Below, one piece after another: positions 1-10,151 of a stretch of DNA of 64,000 bases. Numbering within the stretch: position 1 is the stretch's first letter; the number at the start of each line of letters is the position of its first letter. The translations under genes were made by a program, and so were the position numbers. Under the pieces are notes generated by a model. That model had not been told where the DNA came from. It searched no databases and worked only from the letters and a program-made list of their open reading frames with translations. Source of the DNA: an uncultured Spirochaetota bacterium (GTDB lineage Bacteria > Spirochaetota > Brevinematia > Brevinematales > JAOACQ01); the NCBI GenBank assembly GCA_963835575.1, contig CAWIGG010000006.1, forward strand, positions 320,001 to 384,000. Direction: 5' to 3'.

Positions 1-609
1 AAACCCGTCGAAACTTCCCCTGGCGACAAAGCACATGTCTATGGCCGCCGAGCCGAGCCTTCTGAAGCCGGTATAGCTTCTGGTTATATCCCGGAGCGGG
101 TCGAGAAGGTATTCTATACGCCCTTCACTTTCATACGGATAGCCTGTGACGAGGAGGGCTTTTGTCTTATCCCGCGTTTGTGAAACGAAGATCCTTTTAT
201 TATTTAAAAAAGTCCCTCCGTTTTCAAGGGCCCAGTACCATTCATTCCACAGGGGATTATAGACAACGCCGGCCTTAATTTTTCCCTCTATCTCAATGCC
301 GATGGAAACGCAGACAAGCGGGATGCGGTGCGTGAAGTTCACAGTGCCGTCAAGCGGGTCAATGACCCATTTGACGTCCGATTCTTTCTGCCTTGAAAGG
401 CCCTCTTCCGTAAGAATGGAATGGGAAGGGAATTTTTTAGCGATCATGTCCACGATGAGCGCTTCCGAGGCTTTATCAAACTCTGTCACAGGATTGGCGA
501 AGCTTTTAAAAACAACATCCTTTTCAGAAAAAAAACCTTTCTTGATTATTTTTCCCGCTTTAGATGCGCATGAGACGGCAAATTTGAGATAATCATTTAA
601 TTTCAGCAT
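1..609 (-). CDS. suhB: Inositol monophosphatase family protein (3' end outside the window)
   Basis: Manual translation from ATG at 609: MLKLNDYLKFAV...ILTEEG...WVIDPLDGTVNFTH (IMPase DPLDGT motif) and later GSAAID. Confidence 0.9.
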   Translation of the reverse strand, partial: MLKLNDYLKFAVSCASKAGKIIKKGFFSEKDVVFKSFANPVTEFDKASEALIVDMIAKKFPSHSILTEEGLSRQKESDVKWVIDPLDGTVNFTHRIPLVCVSIGIEIEGKIKAGVVYNPLWNEWYWALENGGTFLNNKRIFVSQTRDKTKALLVTGYPYESEGRIEYLLDPLRDITRSYTGFRRLGSAAIDMCFVARGSFDGF

Positions 610-613
610 TTTT

Positions 614-1846
614 TTAATTCCGCCCTATTTTTTCCCGGAAAAACAGGTCCATCAGCTCCCGCCCTTTCAGATGGGTAAACTGTCCTTTCAGGCAGGATCT
701 CTCATTATACTCCCGGATCGAGGGATCGGGAATGACATCCGCGCCGGTCATCATAAACGGGACTTCTTCGCGGGTATGCTTGCGGAGCTTGACCGGCACC
801 GGGTGGTCAGGCAGCACCATAATCCGCAGGGGTTCAGTAAAACGCTTTTTATATTCTGATAGAAAAGTCCTGATCAGACGCTTATCGCAGTCTTCAATCG
901 CCTTTATTTTATTCTTCAGGTTTCCAAGATGGGAGCATTCATCGGCCGCTTCGATATGAAGATAGACAAAGTCGTTGCTCTTCAGGAAAGCGGCGGCCGC
1001 CCTGGCTTTATTCTCATAATTCGTGTCTATGTATCCTGTGGCCCCTTTCGGCCTCAGCGCGTCCATCTGTCCGAGCCTGCCGAGCCCCAGAATGACATCG
1101 ACGGCGGAGATAATAGCGCCTTTCCTGCCGTACATTTCCTGAAATGAAGGCATGGCCGGCCTTTTTCCACCCGACCAGGGCCAGATAAGATTGGCCGGAT
1201 TTTTTTTCGAGCGGGTCCTTCTTTTATTGACAGGGTGGTTTTCAAGCAGTCCTTTTGACATATAAATCAGGTCTGTTAAGACCTTTGAAGTCAGCTCTCC
1301 CTCTTTTGTCTTAGGCCTCGGAAGGATCTTTTCCCATTCCAGGCCATGGGATGAATCAGGCTTATCGTACAAAACTTCCGGGCTGAATTCCTTCCCCTTC
1401 AAATACAGAAGATGGCGGTAGCTCACGCCTTTACGGAATTCTATTTTTTCATTCCCGAAAGTTTTTTGAAGGCTCTGGATGATCTCCTCCGCTTCTTTAT
1501 TGGTGATATGGCCGGCGGAATAATCTTCCAGGATGTTTTCTTTGACCGTGATCAAATTCAGTCTGAACGCGACCGTCTCATCATCCAGCTCTCTGCCCAT
1601 GCCGTAGCTTTCTATCGCTCCCCGGCCGGTATAGTATTTGCCGAGGTCCCAGCCCAAAACCGACATGTTCGCCACATCCGATGAAGTGGGGAACCCTTCG
1701 GGCAGGGTTAAAAAAGTCCCGAAGACGGCATTCTTTGCCATCTCATCCAGATGAGGTGTCCGCGCCGCCTCCAGAGGCGTCCTTCCTTCCAATTCCGCCA
1801 GCGGATAATCCGCCATTCCGTCTATTAAAAAAAGAACATACTTCAT
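614..1846 (-). CDS. apgM: Cofactor-independent phosphoglycerate mutase (ApgM type)
   Basis: 410 aa; DGMAD, TSSDVANMS, HIEAADECSH and PDH metalloenzyme motifs. Confidence 0.9.
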   Translation of the reverse strand: MKYVLFLIDGMADYPLAELEGRTPLEAARTPHLDEMAKNAVFGTFLTLPEGFPTSSDVANMSVLGWDLGKYYTGRGAIESYGMGRELDDETVAFRLNLITVKENILEDYSAGHITNKEAEEIIQSLQKTFGNEKIEFRKGVSYRHLLYLKGKEFSPEVLYDKPDSSHGLEWEKILPRPKTKEGELTSKVLTDLIYMSKGLLENHPVNKRRTRSKKNPANLIWPWSGGKRPAMPSFQEMYGRKGAIISAVDVILGLGRLGQMDALRPKGATGYIDTNYENKARAAAAFLKSNDFVYLHIEAADECSHLGNLKNKIKAIEDCDKRLIRTFLSEYKKRFTEPLRIMVLPDHPVPVKLRKHTREEVPFMMTGADVIPDPSIREYNERSCLKGQFTHLKGRELMDLFFREKIGRN

Positions 1847-1866
1847 TTTAAACCCCTTTATCCGGT

Positions 1867-2487
1867 TTAATTTTTTTCCGCTTTCTGTATCATGAAAGCT
1901 TTATAATAGTTCACTCCGTATATTATTCCCGAAAGCACTAAAAATATCGAGGTGAGAATAGTTCCATAAAATACGATGTTATTGAAAATTATGTGAAGCA
2001 ATTTTGTATTATTGATGAATGAGTATTTCAGAAGATAAAAACCGAGGGTTAATCCCAGCAGAATGGCGGTCACTTTTCCGCTGATGAGGGGCTGTACGAC
2101 TTTTTTCTTTGTGTTTAAGGCGTAAAGGGCGCCTATGGATATGATCAGGTCCCTTAAGACTATGAGGAAGAAAAAATAAAAAGGGGCCCTTTTGCTGAAA
2201 TAGAGCAGGGCGGATATCGTAACGGCAAGGATTTTATCGCCCATAGGATCGATAAAATAGCCGATCTTGCTGACGGATTTGAGCGCCCTGGCCAGGAAGC
2301 CGTCCAGAAAATCGGTGAGAAGGGCTACTGCGAAAATGACAAATGCGATAAAATTTGATATTGGGTTATTCAGCCCGAGCTGCTGAACTATCGGGATCAC
2401 AAGGATGATCCTGAAAATTGACAGAATATTGGGAATGGTCCAGAGTTTTTCGCTTAATTGTGTCTGTACAACAACATTTTCATCCAT
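1867..2487 (-). CDS. CDP-alcohol phosphatidyltransferase (PgsA-like)
   Basis: TIPNILSIFR and DFLDGFLARALKSVSKIGYFIDPMGDK signature; hydrophobic. Confidence 0.9.
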   Translation of the reverse strand: MDENVVVQTQLSEKLWTIPNILSIFRIILVIPIVQQLGLNNPISNFIAFVIFAVALLTDFLDGFLARALKSVSKIGYFIDPMGDKILAVTISALLYFSKRAPFYFFFLIVLRDLIISIGALYALNTKKKVVQPLISGKVTAILLGLTLGFYLLKYSFINNTKLLHIIFNNIVFYGTILTSIFLVLSGIIYGVNYYKAFMIQKAEKN

Positions 2488-2490
2488 AAC

Positions 2491-4248
2491 TCACTCCGCG
2501 CTCTGCGACAGCTTATTTCCGATCGCAACATTTATTTTCATCATGCCGAATACGGCTTTTTCAAGAGGAGCTTCATCCATAATCCATTCGGGGAAGAGTA
2601 CGGCGTTCGCTTTATCCCAGGGTTTATTATAATCAAAAAGGAATAGATAATTTTCGGGGAATTTCTCAAGCTTTTTATCCTTGACGATAACGCCGGGCCG
2701 CGCGTAAATCAGCCCCGCGGACAGGCGCGTGATATCCTGGCGGAAGCTGGCGAAACGGACGAGGTCATCAATATTATTGACAGTATAGTACTTCGGGAAA
2801 AGCCTCATGGCCTCGGCATAAAATTGAGATTCGCTCCCTGCCAGAAGCCAGTACTGGCCGCTCCTTGCGTCAGAGGGGATTTTCAGGTCAAAGTATTTCT
2901 GAATATAATTGCCGCCGTACTGTTTTAACTGGACTTTGCAGTGAATAATATCTCCCGGGTAATAGGTGCTTTTATCGACTGTCAGATTATCTAAGATATA
3001 ATAATCAAGGCCCTTTTCAATGAGAATTTCGGAGTGTATGTTTTTGATTTTAATGCCGCCGATATTATTCTCATAAAAAGATGACAGGTAGAGGTTCAAA
3101 TCGGCAATCATACCGACCAGGCTGAAATAACTCGGGTTAAACGCGTAATGAAAGTCATTACTGACCTCATAAGTCTTCTTTTTATACTCGATTTCAATGC
3201 CAAACTTTAAATTGATCCTTTTATCATCAAGGTAGCCCGCATGGTCGAGAAATGATGACGAAATAGCCCCGGTTGTCAGCGACGAAAAATAATAACGGTT
3301 GTCCGCCACCCTGAAATGGTAGGCATAAGATTTTTTGTCATATTCAATCCTGACATCCACCGGTATCATGGAATAACTTTCGTTCATCCGGCAATAGACG
3401 CCGTCCTGGCCGTCATAAACGGTAGAGCCGATCGGAACGGATGACGAGCCCAGTTTAAATGAAAAATAAAGTGACGGTACAACAGAATAAATATAGGAGC
3501 GGGAAATGGGAACAGGAACATTCCCGGCCAGGTCCATGGGATGGCCGAATATAAAAACATCATCATTGGAAACATAGGTCACCGTCCCGATACCTTCCAC
3601 ACGGTAATCACCGTCAACCAGATTAACTGCCACCGAGTCCCCGGCCTTAAGGTTGGAAACAGGGCCTTCTTCAGTGCCTGAAAGAACCCCGCTGGAATTC
3701 ATGACAAAAAAAGACCCTCTTTTTATCGTTAAATTATTGGTATCTCCGGCCTCAAAAAAATCCTTTATGAATGCTTCGCCTTCGCCGGTAAATCCTTTGA
3801 GAAAGAGAGGCGTCGCGATCCTTTTAAACTTTTCATCTTCTGTTGAAGAAGGACTTTCTATCCCATTCCGCGCATTATTTTTTTCAGAGATCATCTGTTT
3901 GATCGGCGTAATACCGCAGAGCGGTTCCCTGGAATAAGCCCATGTGTAAGCGACAGCGCCGATCAGTTTGCCTTCGATATACACAGGGCTGCCGCTCATT
4001 CCGGCGATGACGCCGCTTTTTTCCACAACAGGGCCGCTGAGCCTGGCCAGAATAATATCGCCTTTCGGGCTGGTATTCTTCATGACATCTATTATTTCAG
4101 CCCCGAACTGCTCGGGTTCCCAGCCCCTGAACACAGAAAGGCCGTAGCCTTTCATGCCGGGCTTAATTTCATTAACATCCATGAATTCGACAGCGGAAAG
4201 AGTGCCGGTCAGAATAGTTAAGAATAAGATAAAAAAAAGTTTTTTCAT
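2491..4248 (-). CDS. SpoIVB-like peptidase S55 domain protein, exported
   Basis: Signal peptide MKKLFFILFL; GVIAGMSGSPV and FGHP motifs. Start moved to ATG at 4248. Confidence 0.8.
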   Translation of the reverse strand: MKKLFFILFLTILTGTLSAVEFMDVNEIKPGMKGYGLSVFRGWEPEQFGAEIIDVMKNTSPKGDIILARLSGPVVEKSGVIAGMSGSPVYIEGKLIGAVAYTWAYSREPLCGITPIKQMISEKNNARNGIESPSSTEDEKFKRIATPLFLKGFTGEGEAFIKDFFEAGDTNNLTIKRGSFFVMNSSGVLSGTEEGPVSNLKAGDSVAVNLVDGDYRVEGIGTVTYVSNDDVFIFGHPMDLAGNVPVPISRSYIYSVVPSLYFSFKLGSSSVPIGSTVYDGQDGVYCRMNESYSMIPVDVRIEYDKKSYAYHFRVADNRYYFSSLTTGAISSSFLDHAGYLDDKRINLKFGIEIEYKKKTYEVSNDFHYAFNPSYFSLVGMIADLNLYLSSFYENNIGGIKIKNIHSEILIEKGLDYYILDNLTVDKSTYYPGDIIHCKVQLKQYGGNYIQKYFDLKIPSDARSGQYWLLAGSESQFYAEAMRLFPKYYTVNNIDDLVRFASFRQDITRLSAGLIYARPGVIVKDKKLEKFPENYLFLFDYNKPWDKANAVLFPEWIMDEAPLEKAVFGMMKINVAIGNKLSQSAE

Positions 4249-4377
4249 TCCATCCCCAAAAAACACATCAGCTTTCCTGTTAACTCAATATGTTACCATA
4301 TTTAAAAAGAAAAATAAAGAAATTGTTCCCGTTCAGGGAATGAATTATGATTGACCAAATACGAGATTTATTTTTCT

Positions 4378-4481
4378 GCCACAGAATTGCACAGAAACTC
4401 ACGGAATTAAAAACTATTAACTAATAATAATCCGGATATTAATACTTATAAATTCAGTGTTATTCTGTGACATTCTGTGGC
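4378..4481. repeat. Inverted element with triple tandem 10-bp arms (CACAGAA type)
   Basis: Left GCCACAGAATTGCACAGAAACTCACGGAAT; right arm reverse complement GCCACAGAATGTCACAGAATAACACTGAAT; AT-rich spacer. Confidence 0.8.
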
Positions 4482-4553
4482 TGGTCTTGTTCTTCCTTCC
4501 TATTAATTTTCAATTTTACCGGAATAATGATAAAATAAAAAAAGGATTAAATT

Positions 4554-6281
4554 ATGTTTATACCTTCGACACCTCAAGAGCTTGAAAAACTCGGATGGAA
4601 AAAGCTCGACGTCATTCTTGTTTCAGGCGACGCTTATATAGACAGCCCCTATGACGGCACAGCTTTAATAGGGAAAGTCCTTCTTAACGCCGGCTATAAA
4701 GTCGGTATTATTGCACAGCCGGATATTTCAAACGGCGGCGATATCACAAGGCTCGGCGAGCCCGCCTTATTCTGGGGCGTCAGCGCCGGCTGCGTCGATT
4801 CGATGGTTGCTAATTACACGGCGTCCCTGAAAAAACGGAGGCAGGATGATTTCACGCCCGGCGGCGTCAATAACAGAAGGCCCGACAGGGCTGTCATCGC
4901 CTATTCAAACCTGATCCGCCGTTTTTTTAAAAGCACGGTCCCGATCGCGCTGGGAGGACTGGAAGCCAGCCTCCGGCGGATAGCCCACTTTGATTACTGG
5001 AGCGGCGGAGTCAGAAGGCCGGTGCTCTTTGACGCGAAGGCCGATATCCTGATATACGGCATGGGCGAACGCGCGGTCCTGGAACTGGCCGGCTGTCTCA
5101 GGCGGAAAGAGGATTATACAAAAATCCGCGGCCTCTGCGCTATTGCCCGCGGGGAAGATATTGCGTCTTTAAATGATTATATCAGGCTGCCTGATTTTGA
5201 GGAAGTCCGTACTGACAAAGAAAAGTTTATGAAAATGTTCAAAATATTTTATGATAATAATGACGCTCAAAATGCGAAAGGCCTGATTCAGGAAGTGAAC
5301 AGGCGTTTTCTGGTGCAGAACCCGCCGGCCCTGCCGCTTTCATCAGGCGAGCTGGACGGCGTTTATAACCTTCCCTTTGAGCGGGATGTCCATACCTATT
5401 ATAAAAAGCAGGGCGAAGTCCGGGCGCTTGAAACCATCCGCTTTTCAATAACCACTCACCGGGGATGTTTCGGGGAATGCCGCTTCTGTTCGATAGCCGT
5501 TCACCAGGGAAGCACGGTTGTTTCAAGAAGCGGGGGATCGGTATTAAAGGAAGCGGAGGAGATGATCAGACATCCCGCGTTCAGAGGAATCATATCGGAC
5601 CTGGGCGGACCGACGGCCAATATGTACGGGATGGAATGCGGGAAAAATGAAAAAGGCTCATTCTGCGCCGGAAAGCATTGTCTGGAGCCGGACGCCTGCA
5701 AAAGCCTGATCATTACACATAAGCGGCAGATTGATCTTTTAAGGAAGCTCGGAAAGCTGAAAACGGCAAAAGGAAAGCCGGTCCGTGTTTTTGTGTCTTC
5801 CGGCGTCCGTTTTGACCTTGTCCTTCAGGACAGGGATTACGGTTCTGAATACCTCCGCGAACTGGCCGGCGGACATATTTCGGGGCAATTGAAAACAGCG
5901 CCGGAGCATAGCGAGAAAATAGTCCTTCAGAGGATGGGTAAGGCCAGTTCCCGGCATCTGACGGAATTTAAAAAGCAATTCGATCAGGTAAACAGGGAAC
6001 TCGGTAAAAAGCAGTTCCTCACTTATTATTTTATAGCGGCCCATCCGGGCTGTACAACTGAAGACATGAATGGGCTGAAAAAGTATATTTCAAGGGAACT
6101 GCATCTTCAGCCGGAACAGGTCCAGGTTTTTACGCCGACCCCCTCCAGTTATTCAACCTTGATGTATTATACGGAAAAAGACCCCTTTACCGGGGAAAAA
6201 CTATTTGTGGAAAAGAATTTAAAAAAGAAGGAAGAACAGAAAGAGATCATTACCGGTGCAGAAAAAAAGTTGAAAAAATAA
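4554..6281 (+). CDS. ygiQ: YgiQ family radical SAM protein
   Basis: SGDAYID N-terminus, CFGECRFC cluster motif, QVQVFTPTP. Confidence 0.9.
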   Translation: MFIPSTPQELEKLGWKKLDVILVSGDAYIDSPYDGTALIGKVLLNAGYKVGIIAQPDISNGGDITRLGEPALFWGVSAGCVDSMVANYTASLKKRRQDDFTPGGVNNRRPDRAVIAYSNLIRRFFKSTVPIALGGLEASLRRIAHFDYWSGGVRRPVLFDAKADILIYGMGERAVLELAGCLRRKEDYTKIRGLCAIARGEDIASLNDYIRLPDFEEVRTDKEKFMKMFKIFYDNNDAQNAKGLIQEVNRRFLVQNPPALPLSSGELDGVYNLPFERDVHTYYKKQGEVRALETIRFSITTHRGCFGECRFCSIAVHQGSTVVSRSGGSVLKEAEEMIRHPAFRGIISDLGGPTANMYGMECGKNEKGSFCAGKHCLEPDACKSLIITHKRQIDLLRKLGKLKTAKGKPVRVFVSSGVRFDLVLQDRDYGSEYLRELAGGHISGQLKTAPEHSEKIVLQRMGKASSRHLTEFKKQFDQVNRELGKKQFLTYYFIAAHPGCTTEDMNGLKKYISRELHLQPEQVQVFTPTPSSYSTLMYYTEKDPFTGEKLFVEKNLKKKEEQKEIITGAEKKLKK

Positions 6282-6283
6282 AA

Positions 6284-6555
6284 TTTCACACAGAGCTCAC
6301 GGACAGACTGTGTGAAAAGTCGGTGTTTTGCATCGTAATTCTATATTGTTCGTTCCGTAACTTCAATAAATACGTGGCGAAAAATAGTTTTCACACAGTC
6401 TGGGAGAACACAGAGCGATGCTCTGACCCCTCACCAATTTATCAGAATGTGCAGAATATGCAGAAAAATGATGAGGTGCGAAGTGAAAACAGAGTTCTTT
6501 TTAATATAAAAACATGAAGTATTTCAACCTTAAACTCTGCGGCCTCTGTGTGAAA
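6284..6555. repeat. Inverted element with tandem 9-bp arms (CACAGAG type), left arm interrupted by a MITE
   Basis: TTTCACACAGAG... at 6284 and ...CTCTGCGGCCTCTGTGTGAAA ending 6555. Confidence 0.7.
6304..6402. mobile_element. 99-bp MITE, 15-bp TIR, 3-bp TSD (GGA)
   Basis: CAGACTGTGTGAAAA ... TTTTCACACAGTCTG, flanked by GGA at 6301-6303 and 6403-6405. Confidence 0.75.
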
Positions 6556-6699
6556 ATAAAACAAACGAAAATTAACACGCGACTAATTTTGACTTTAAGG
6601 TTTCCTGTTCTTTAAAATAATAAATCAAATAATATTATGGAGTCGGTTCCTCCCTGCCTTTCCGGCGGGGGAATTGATGTCTATTAAGGAGAGAAAAAT

Positions 6700-7605
6700 A
6701 TGTTCGCGTTTCTGAATCAGCCGGATATCAGCCCCATTATCCTTCAGCTCTGGGGCCCTTTTGCCGTCAGGTGGTACAGCCTGATGTATGTGCTGGGCTT
6801 TTTATTCAGCTATTTGTTTATTTACAGACAGATAAAAAAAGGAAAGATCAAAGTTACCGACACTGAGCTTTCCGATGTCGTTTTTTACGCTTTTCTGGGC
6901 GTGATCCTGGGCGGAAGGCTGGGCTATGTATTATTTTACAACCTCGGTTATTACCTGCAGAATCCCCAGGACATCATTAAAATCTGGGAAGGGGGATTAT
7001 CATTTCATGGGGCTTTTATTGGAGTGATCGTTTCCGAATGGATTTATACCATCCTGAAAAAGAAGAATTATCTGAACATCGCGGATATTTTTATCGTGCC
7101 TGTCCCTTTCTGCCTTTTTCTGGGGCGCTGGGGTAATTTTGTGAACGGCGAGCTCTGGGGAAAGCCGACAGCGGTTCCCTGGGGAATGCAATTCAGAACT
7201 GTACCGCAAAACCGCTGGTTTCCGATAGCCGAGCCTTGGGTCCAGGAGTTGATGAAAAAAACGGGGATGAGCCCGGAGTCCGGACAGAATTTAGTCAATC
7301 TGCCCAGGCATCCCTCCCAGCTTTATGAAATGGCCCTGGAAGGCCTGCTGCTTTTTATCATACTTCTACTTGTATCAAGGTTAAAGAATAAACCGAGGGG
7401 CCTGGTATTTTCAGTCTTCTTCCTGGGTTACGGCGCGGCCCGCTTTTTTGTGGAGTTTTTCCGCGAGCCGGACAGTCAGCTCGGCTATCTTGCCGGAGGC
7501 TGGCTGACAATGGGGATGGTACTGAGCCTTCCGATGATCCTGATCGGCATTACCGGGATTATTTTATCCCTTAAGATGAATAAAAGGAATGAATTGTGGG
7601 CCTGA
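6700..7605 (+). CDS. lgt: Prolipoprotein diacylglyceryl transferase
   Basis: VRWYSL, GGRLGYVLFY, GGLSFHG, GRWGNFVNGELWG, RHPSQLYE; SD AAGGAG. Confidence 0.97.
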   Translation: MFAFLNQPDISPIILQLWGPFAVRWYSLMYVLGFLFSYLFIYRQIKKGKIKVTDTELSDVVFYAFLGVILGGRLGYVLFYNLGYYLQNPQDIIKIWEGGLSFHGAFIGVIVSEWIYTILKKKNYLNIADIFIVPVPFCLFLGRWGNFVNGELWGKPTAVPWGMQFRTVPQNRWFPIAEPWVQELMKKTGMSPESGQNLVNLPRHPSQLYEMALEGLLLFIILLLVSRLKNKPRGLVFSVFFLGYGAARFFVEFFREPDSQLGYLAGGWLTMGMVLSLPMILIGITGIILSLKMNKRNELWA

Positions 7606-9359
7606 TCCATGAACTGGATTACAATACAGTTGTAAAAATCGCCGCAGGCGAAGTGATCGAGCGGCCTGCGTCCGTTGTCCGGGAACTATTGGACAATTCC
7701 ATAGACGCCGGGGCCGGCAGGATTTCGGTCCACATCTCGAACGGCGGAAAGACATATATCGAAGTGCAGGACAATGGAAGGGGAATGGATAAAATAGACC
7801 TTGAAATCTGCACAAAGAACCATACAACCAGTAAAATCACTTCATTTGACGATATCGGCCGCCTCTCTACCCTGGGTTTCAGGGGCGAGGCCCTTTCAAG
7901 CATTGCTGAAGCGGCGGATTTGAATATTCTTTCACGGACCGGGGAAAGCCAGTCCGGCTATTCCCTTGAAGTAAAGGAAGGCCGCGTCCTGTCTTTTAAA
8001 GAATCCGGCATGAATACGGGCACGACGGTCGTTGTCAAAAATCTTTTCAATCATATTCCAGCCCGGCTGAAATTCCTGGCCCCAGACAATTCGGAGCAGA
8101 AATTCCTGAACAGGGAAATCATAAAAAAAGCTCTTGCGTTCCCGGAAATAAGTTTTGAGTTCCTGATCGACGGGAAAAGAAAATATATATCTCCCGATAA
8201 AAATTCGCTTCTCGAACGGATAGCTGATTTTTATCCGGACGCCCTGGAATATCTTATTCCCGTTGAGGGAATGGGCGCTCATTTTTCGGTTATGGGTTTT
8301 GTCACAAGGCCGGCTTTTCTGCGGGCCAACCGGATGTACCAGAACATGTTTGTCAACCGCCGGGCCGTGGAATGGAAGAATTTTTATTTTGCCGTGAATA
8401 ACGCCTACGGCAATCTGGTCCCGAAAGGCTATTTCCCGGGCGTTTTTTTATACCTTACGGTGGAACCGGAGTATCTGGACGTCAATGTCCATCCGATGAA
8501 AAGGGAAGTGCGCTTCAGGGAAGAAAGCGCCATTTCAAAGGCTGTACAGGAAGCTATTCACAGGGCCATTATGGAGGACACGGGCATATCGGAAGCGGAG
8601 GAGGGAGAAGTCCGCTTTACGCCTTATGAAAAAAAGATCAGCGGCGCGATTTCCGCTTTTATGGAAAAAAAAGACGGCTTTGCCGGGGATTTTATAAGAG
8701 TCTCTCCGGCCTCGCCAATCACGGAAACCAATCATAAATTGCCCGGAAAAGAATTATTCACGGCTGAAGCTCAGGCTCTTTCCGCATGCCGTTTTGTCGG
8801 GATCATATTCATGACATATCTTCTTTTTGAAAGCGATGAAGAGCTGATCATGCTGGACCAGCACGCGGCGCATGAAAGGATCAATTATGAAAAACTGAAG
8901 GAAAATTATGATAAGTGCCTTCTGACCCCGCAGGAATTTCTCACGCCTGTCAGCATCGATGTCCCTTCGGATATTATTGACGGCTTGAATGAAAACCTGC
9001 CCCTGCTCAAATCGATGGGTTTTCTTGTGGAGCATTTTGGGGGCGCGAGTTTTGTCATCCGCGGCGCGCCGCCTTTTATCGATTATCAGGAAGCAGGGGA
9101 TGCCGTTATGGGCTTTGTAGAGACGCTGGAGGAAAACAGCGGCGCGAAGGCTTCCGATTTTATCGACCGGGCTTTGAAGCAGATGGCCTGTAAAAAATCG
9201 GTCCGCTCGCGTGAAAGCCTTTCGAAAGAGGAGGCCCTCTCGCTTGTCAGGGAATGGGAAAATACGCCGAACCGCTTTTCATGCCCTCATGGAAGACCTG
9301 CCGCTTTCAGTATATCAAAAAAAGACATAGAAAAGCAGTTCAAGCGCCTGGGATTCTAA
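7596..9359 (+). CDS. mutL: DNA mismatch repair protein MutL
   Basis: IAAGEVIERPASVVRELLDNSIDA, GFRGEALSSI, DQHAAHERINYE, ACK, CPHGRP; GTG start overlaps lgt by 10 bp. Confidence 0.97.
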   Translation: MGLIHELDYNTVVKIAAGEVIERPASVVRELLDNSIDAGAGRISVHISNGGKTYIEVQDNGRGMDKIDLEICTKNHTTSKITSFDDIGRLSTLGFRGEALSSIAEAADLNILSRTGESQSGYSLEVKEGRVLSFKESGMNTGTTVVVKNLFNHIPARLKFLAPDNSEQKFLNREIIKKALAFPEISFEFLIDGKRKYISPDKNSLLERIADFYPDALEYLIPVEGMGAHFSVMGFVTRPAFLRANRMYQNMFVNRRAVEWKNFYFAVNNAYGNLVPKGYFPGVFLYLTVEPEYLDVNVHPMKREVRFREESAISKAVQEAIHRAIMEDTGISEAEEGEVRFTPYEKKISGAISAFMEKKDGFAGDFIRVSPASPITETNHKLPGKELFTAEAQALSACRFVGIIFMTYLLFESDEELIMLDQHAAHERINYEKLKENYDKCLLTPQEFLTPVSIDVPSDIIDGLNENLPLLKSMGFLVEHFGGASFVIRGAPPFIDYQEAGDAVMGFVETLEENSGAKASDFIDRALKQMACKKSVRSRESLSKEEALSLVREWENTPNRFSCPHGRPAAFSISKKDIEKQFKRLGF

Positions 9360-9389
9360 ACTTGCGAAAAAATAGTTAGTTTGGCTTTT

Positions 9390-9429
9390 AAATAAAAACC
9401 CCCGCGCGTTGTGCGGGAGGTTTTTATTT
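9390..9429. terminator. Probable bidirectional intrinsic terminator
   Basis: AAATAAAAACCCCCGC...GCGGGAGGTTTTTATTT between convergent genes. Confidence 0.7.
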
Positions 9430-9461
9430 ATAGGTATTGTTTATTTCAGTTCAGGAATTGA

Positions 9462-9851
9462 TCAATTCCTTGTGAATTCAATATAATAGGATGAATTTGT
9501 CGGATTGAACATCTTGAGTATGTTATATTCCGGGAAATCATAAATTGCCGACATTGTATTTGCTGAAGGGGTTGTGTAATATATATTTAACGCCTTGCCG
9601 GCAGTATCAATTGTCCATCGTCCTTTTGACTGATCCCCCGTTGCCGGAATGGTTGCTATATAAGTCCTGTCGGATTTGAATTCTGCCTGATAGGTTGATT
9701 TGTCCTTGGAATCATAGACAATTGTGTTGGTAGGACTCACATCTTTGGACAGCCACCACTTACCCTCGATTTTTGAATCGTCAAATAAGAGACTGCATGA
9801 ATTGAACACGACCACAGCGCAGAAAAAGAATAAAATAACTGAATTTTTCAT
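9462..9851 (-). CDS. Small lipoprotein, lipocalin-like
   Basis: SD GGAGG; MKNSVILFFFCAVVVFNSC lipobox; IEGKW and GRW motifs. Confidence 0.6.
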   Translation of the reverse strand: MKNSVILFFFCAVVVFNSCSLLFDDSKIEGKWWLSKDVSPTNTIVYDSKDKSTYQAEFKSDRTYIATIPATGDQSKGRWTIDTAGKALNIYYTTPSANTMSAIYDFPEYNILKMFNPTNSSYYIEFTRN

Positions 9852-9974
9852 TTTTCCTCCTCCCTCGACACCCAAACCTATTATATTATACCATATTCCG
9901 ATCAAATTTTAAAGTAAAAAAGTAATGTTCCTGAATTGAGTGATTTATTTTTTATTTATCTGCAATGTATGATA

Positions 9975-10051
9975 TGGTAGTTTTCCACCCCGCGCCGGTT
10001 CCTGAGTAGCCCGACAGGGCGTATCGAAGGACGCGGGGTGGAAAACTACCA
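9975..10051. repeat. Perfect 20-bp inverted repeat enclosing a CCTGAG...CGAAGG REP-like palindrome
   Basis: TGGTAGTTTTCCACCCCGCG / CGCGGGGTGGAAAACTACCA. Confidence 0.8.
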
Positions 10052-10151
10052 ATTAATAAGCTTTTGATAAAAGAACCACTCAAATTAAGATATTGATAAT
10101 TTGGTGTAATTCACTTAAAATATTGATTATTATGGAGGATGGAAATTTATC

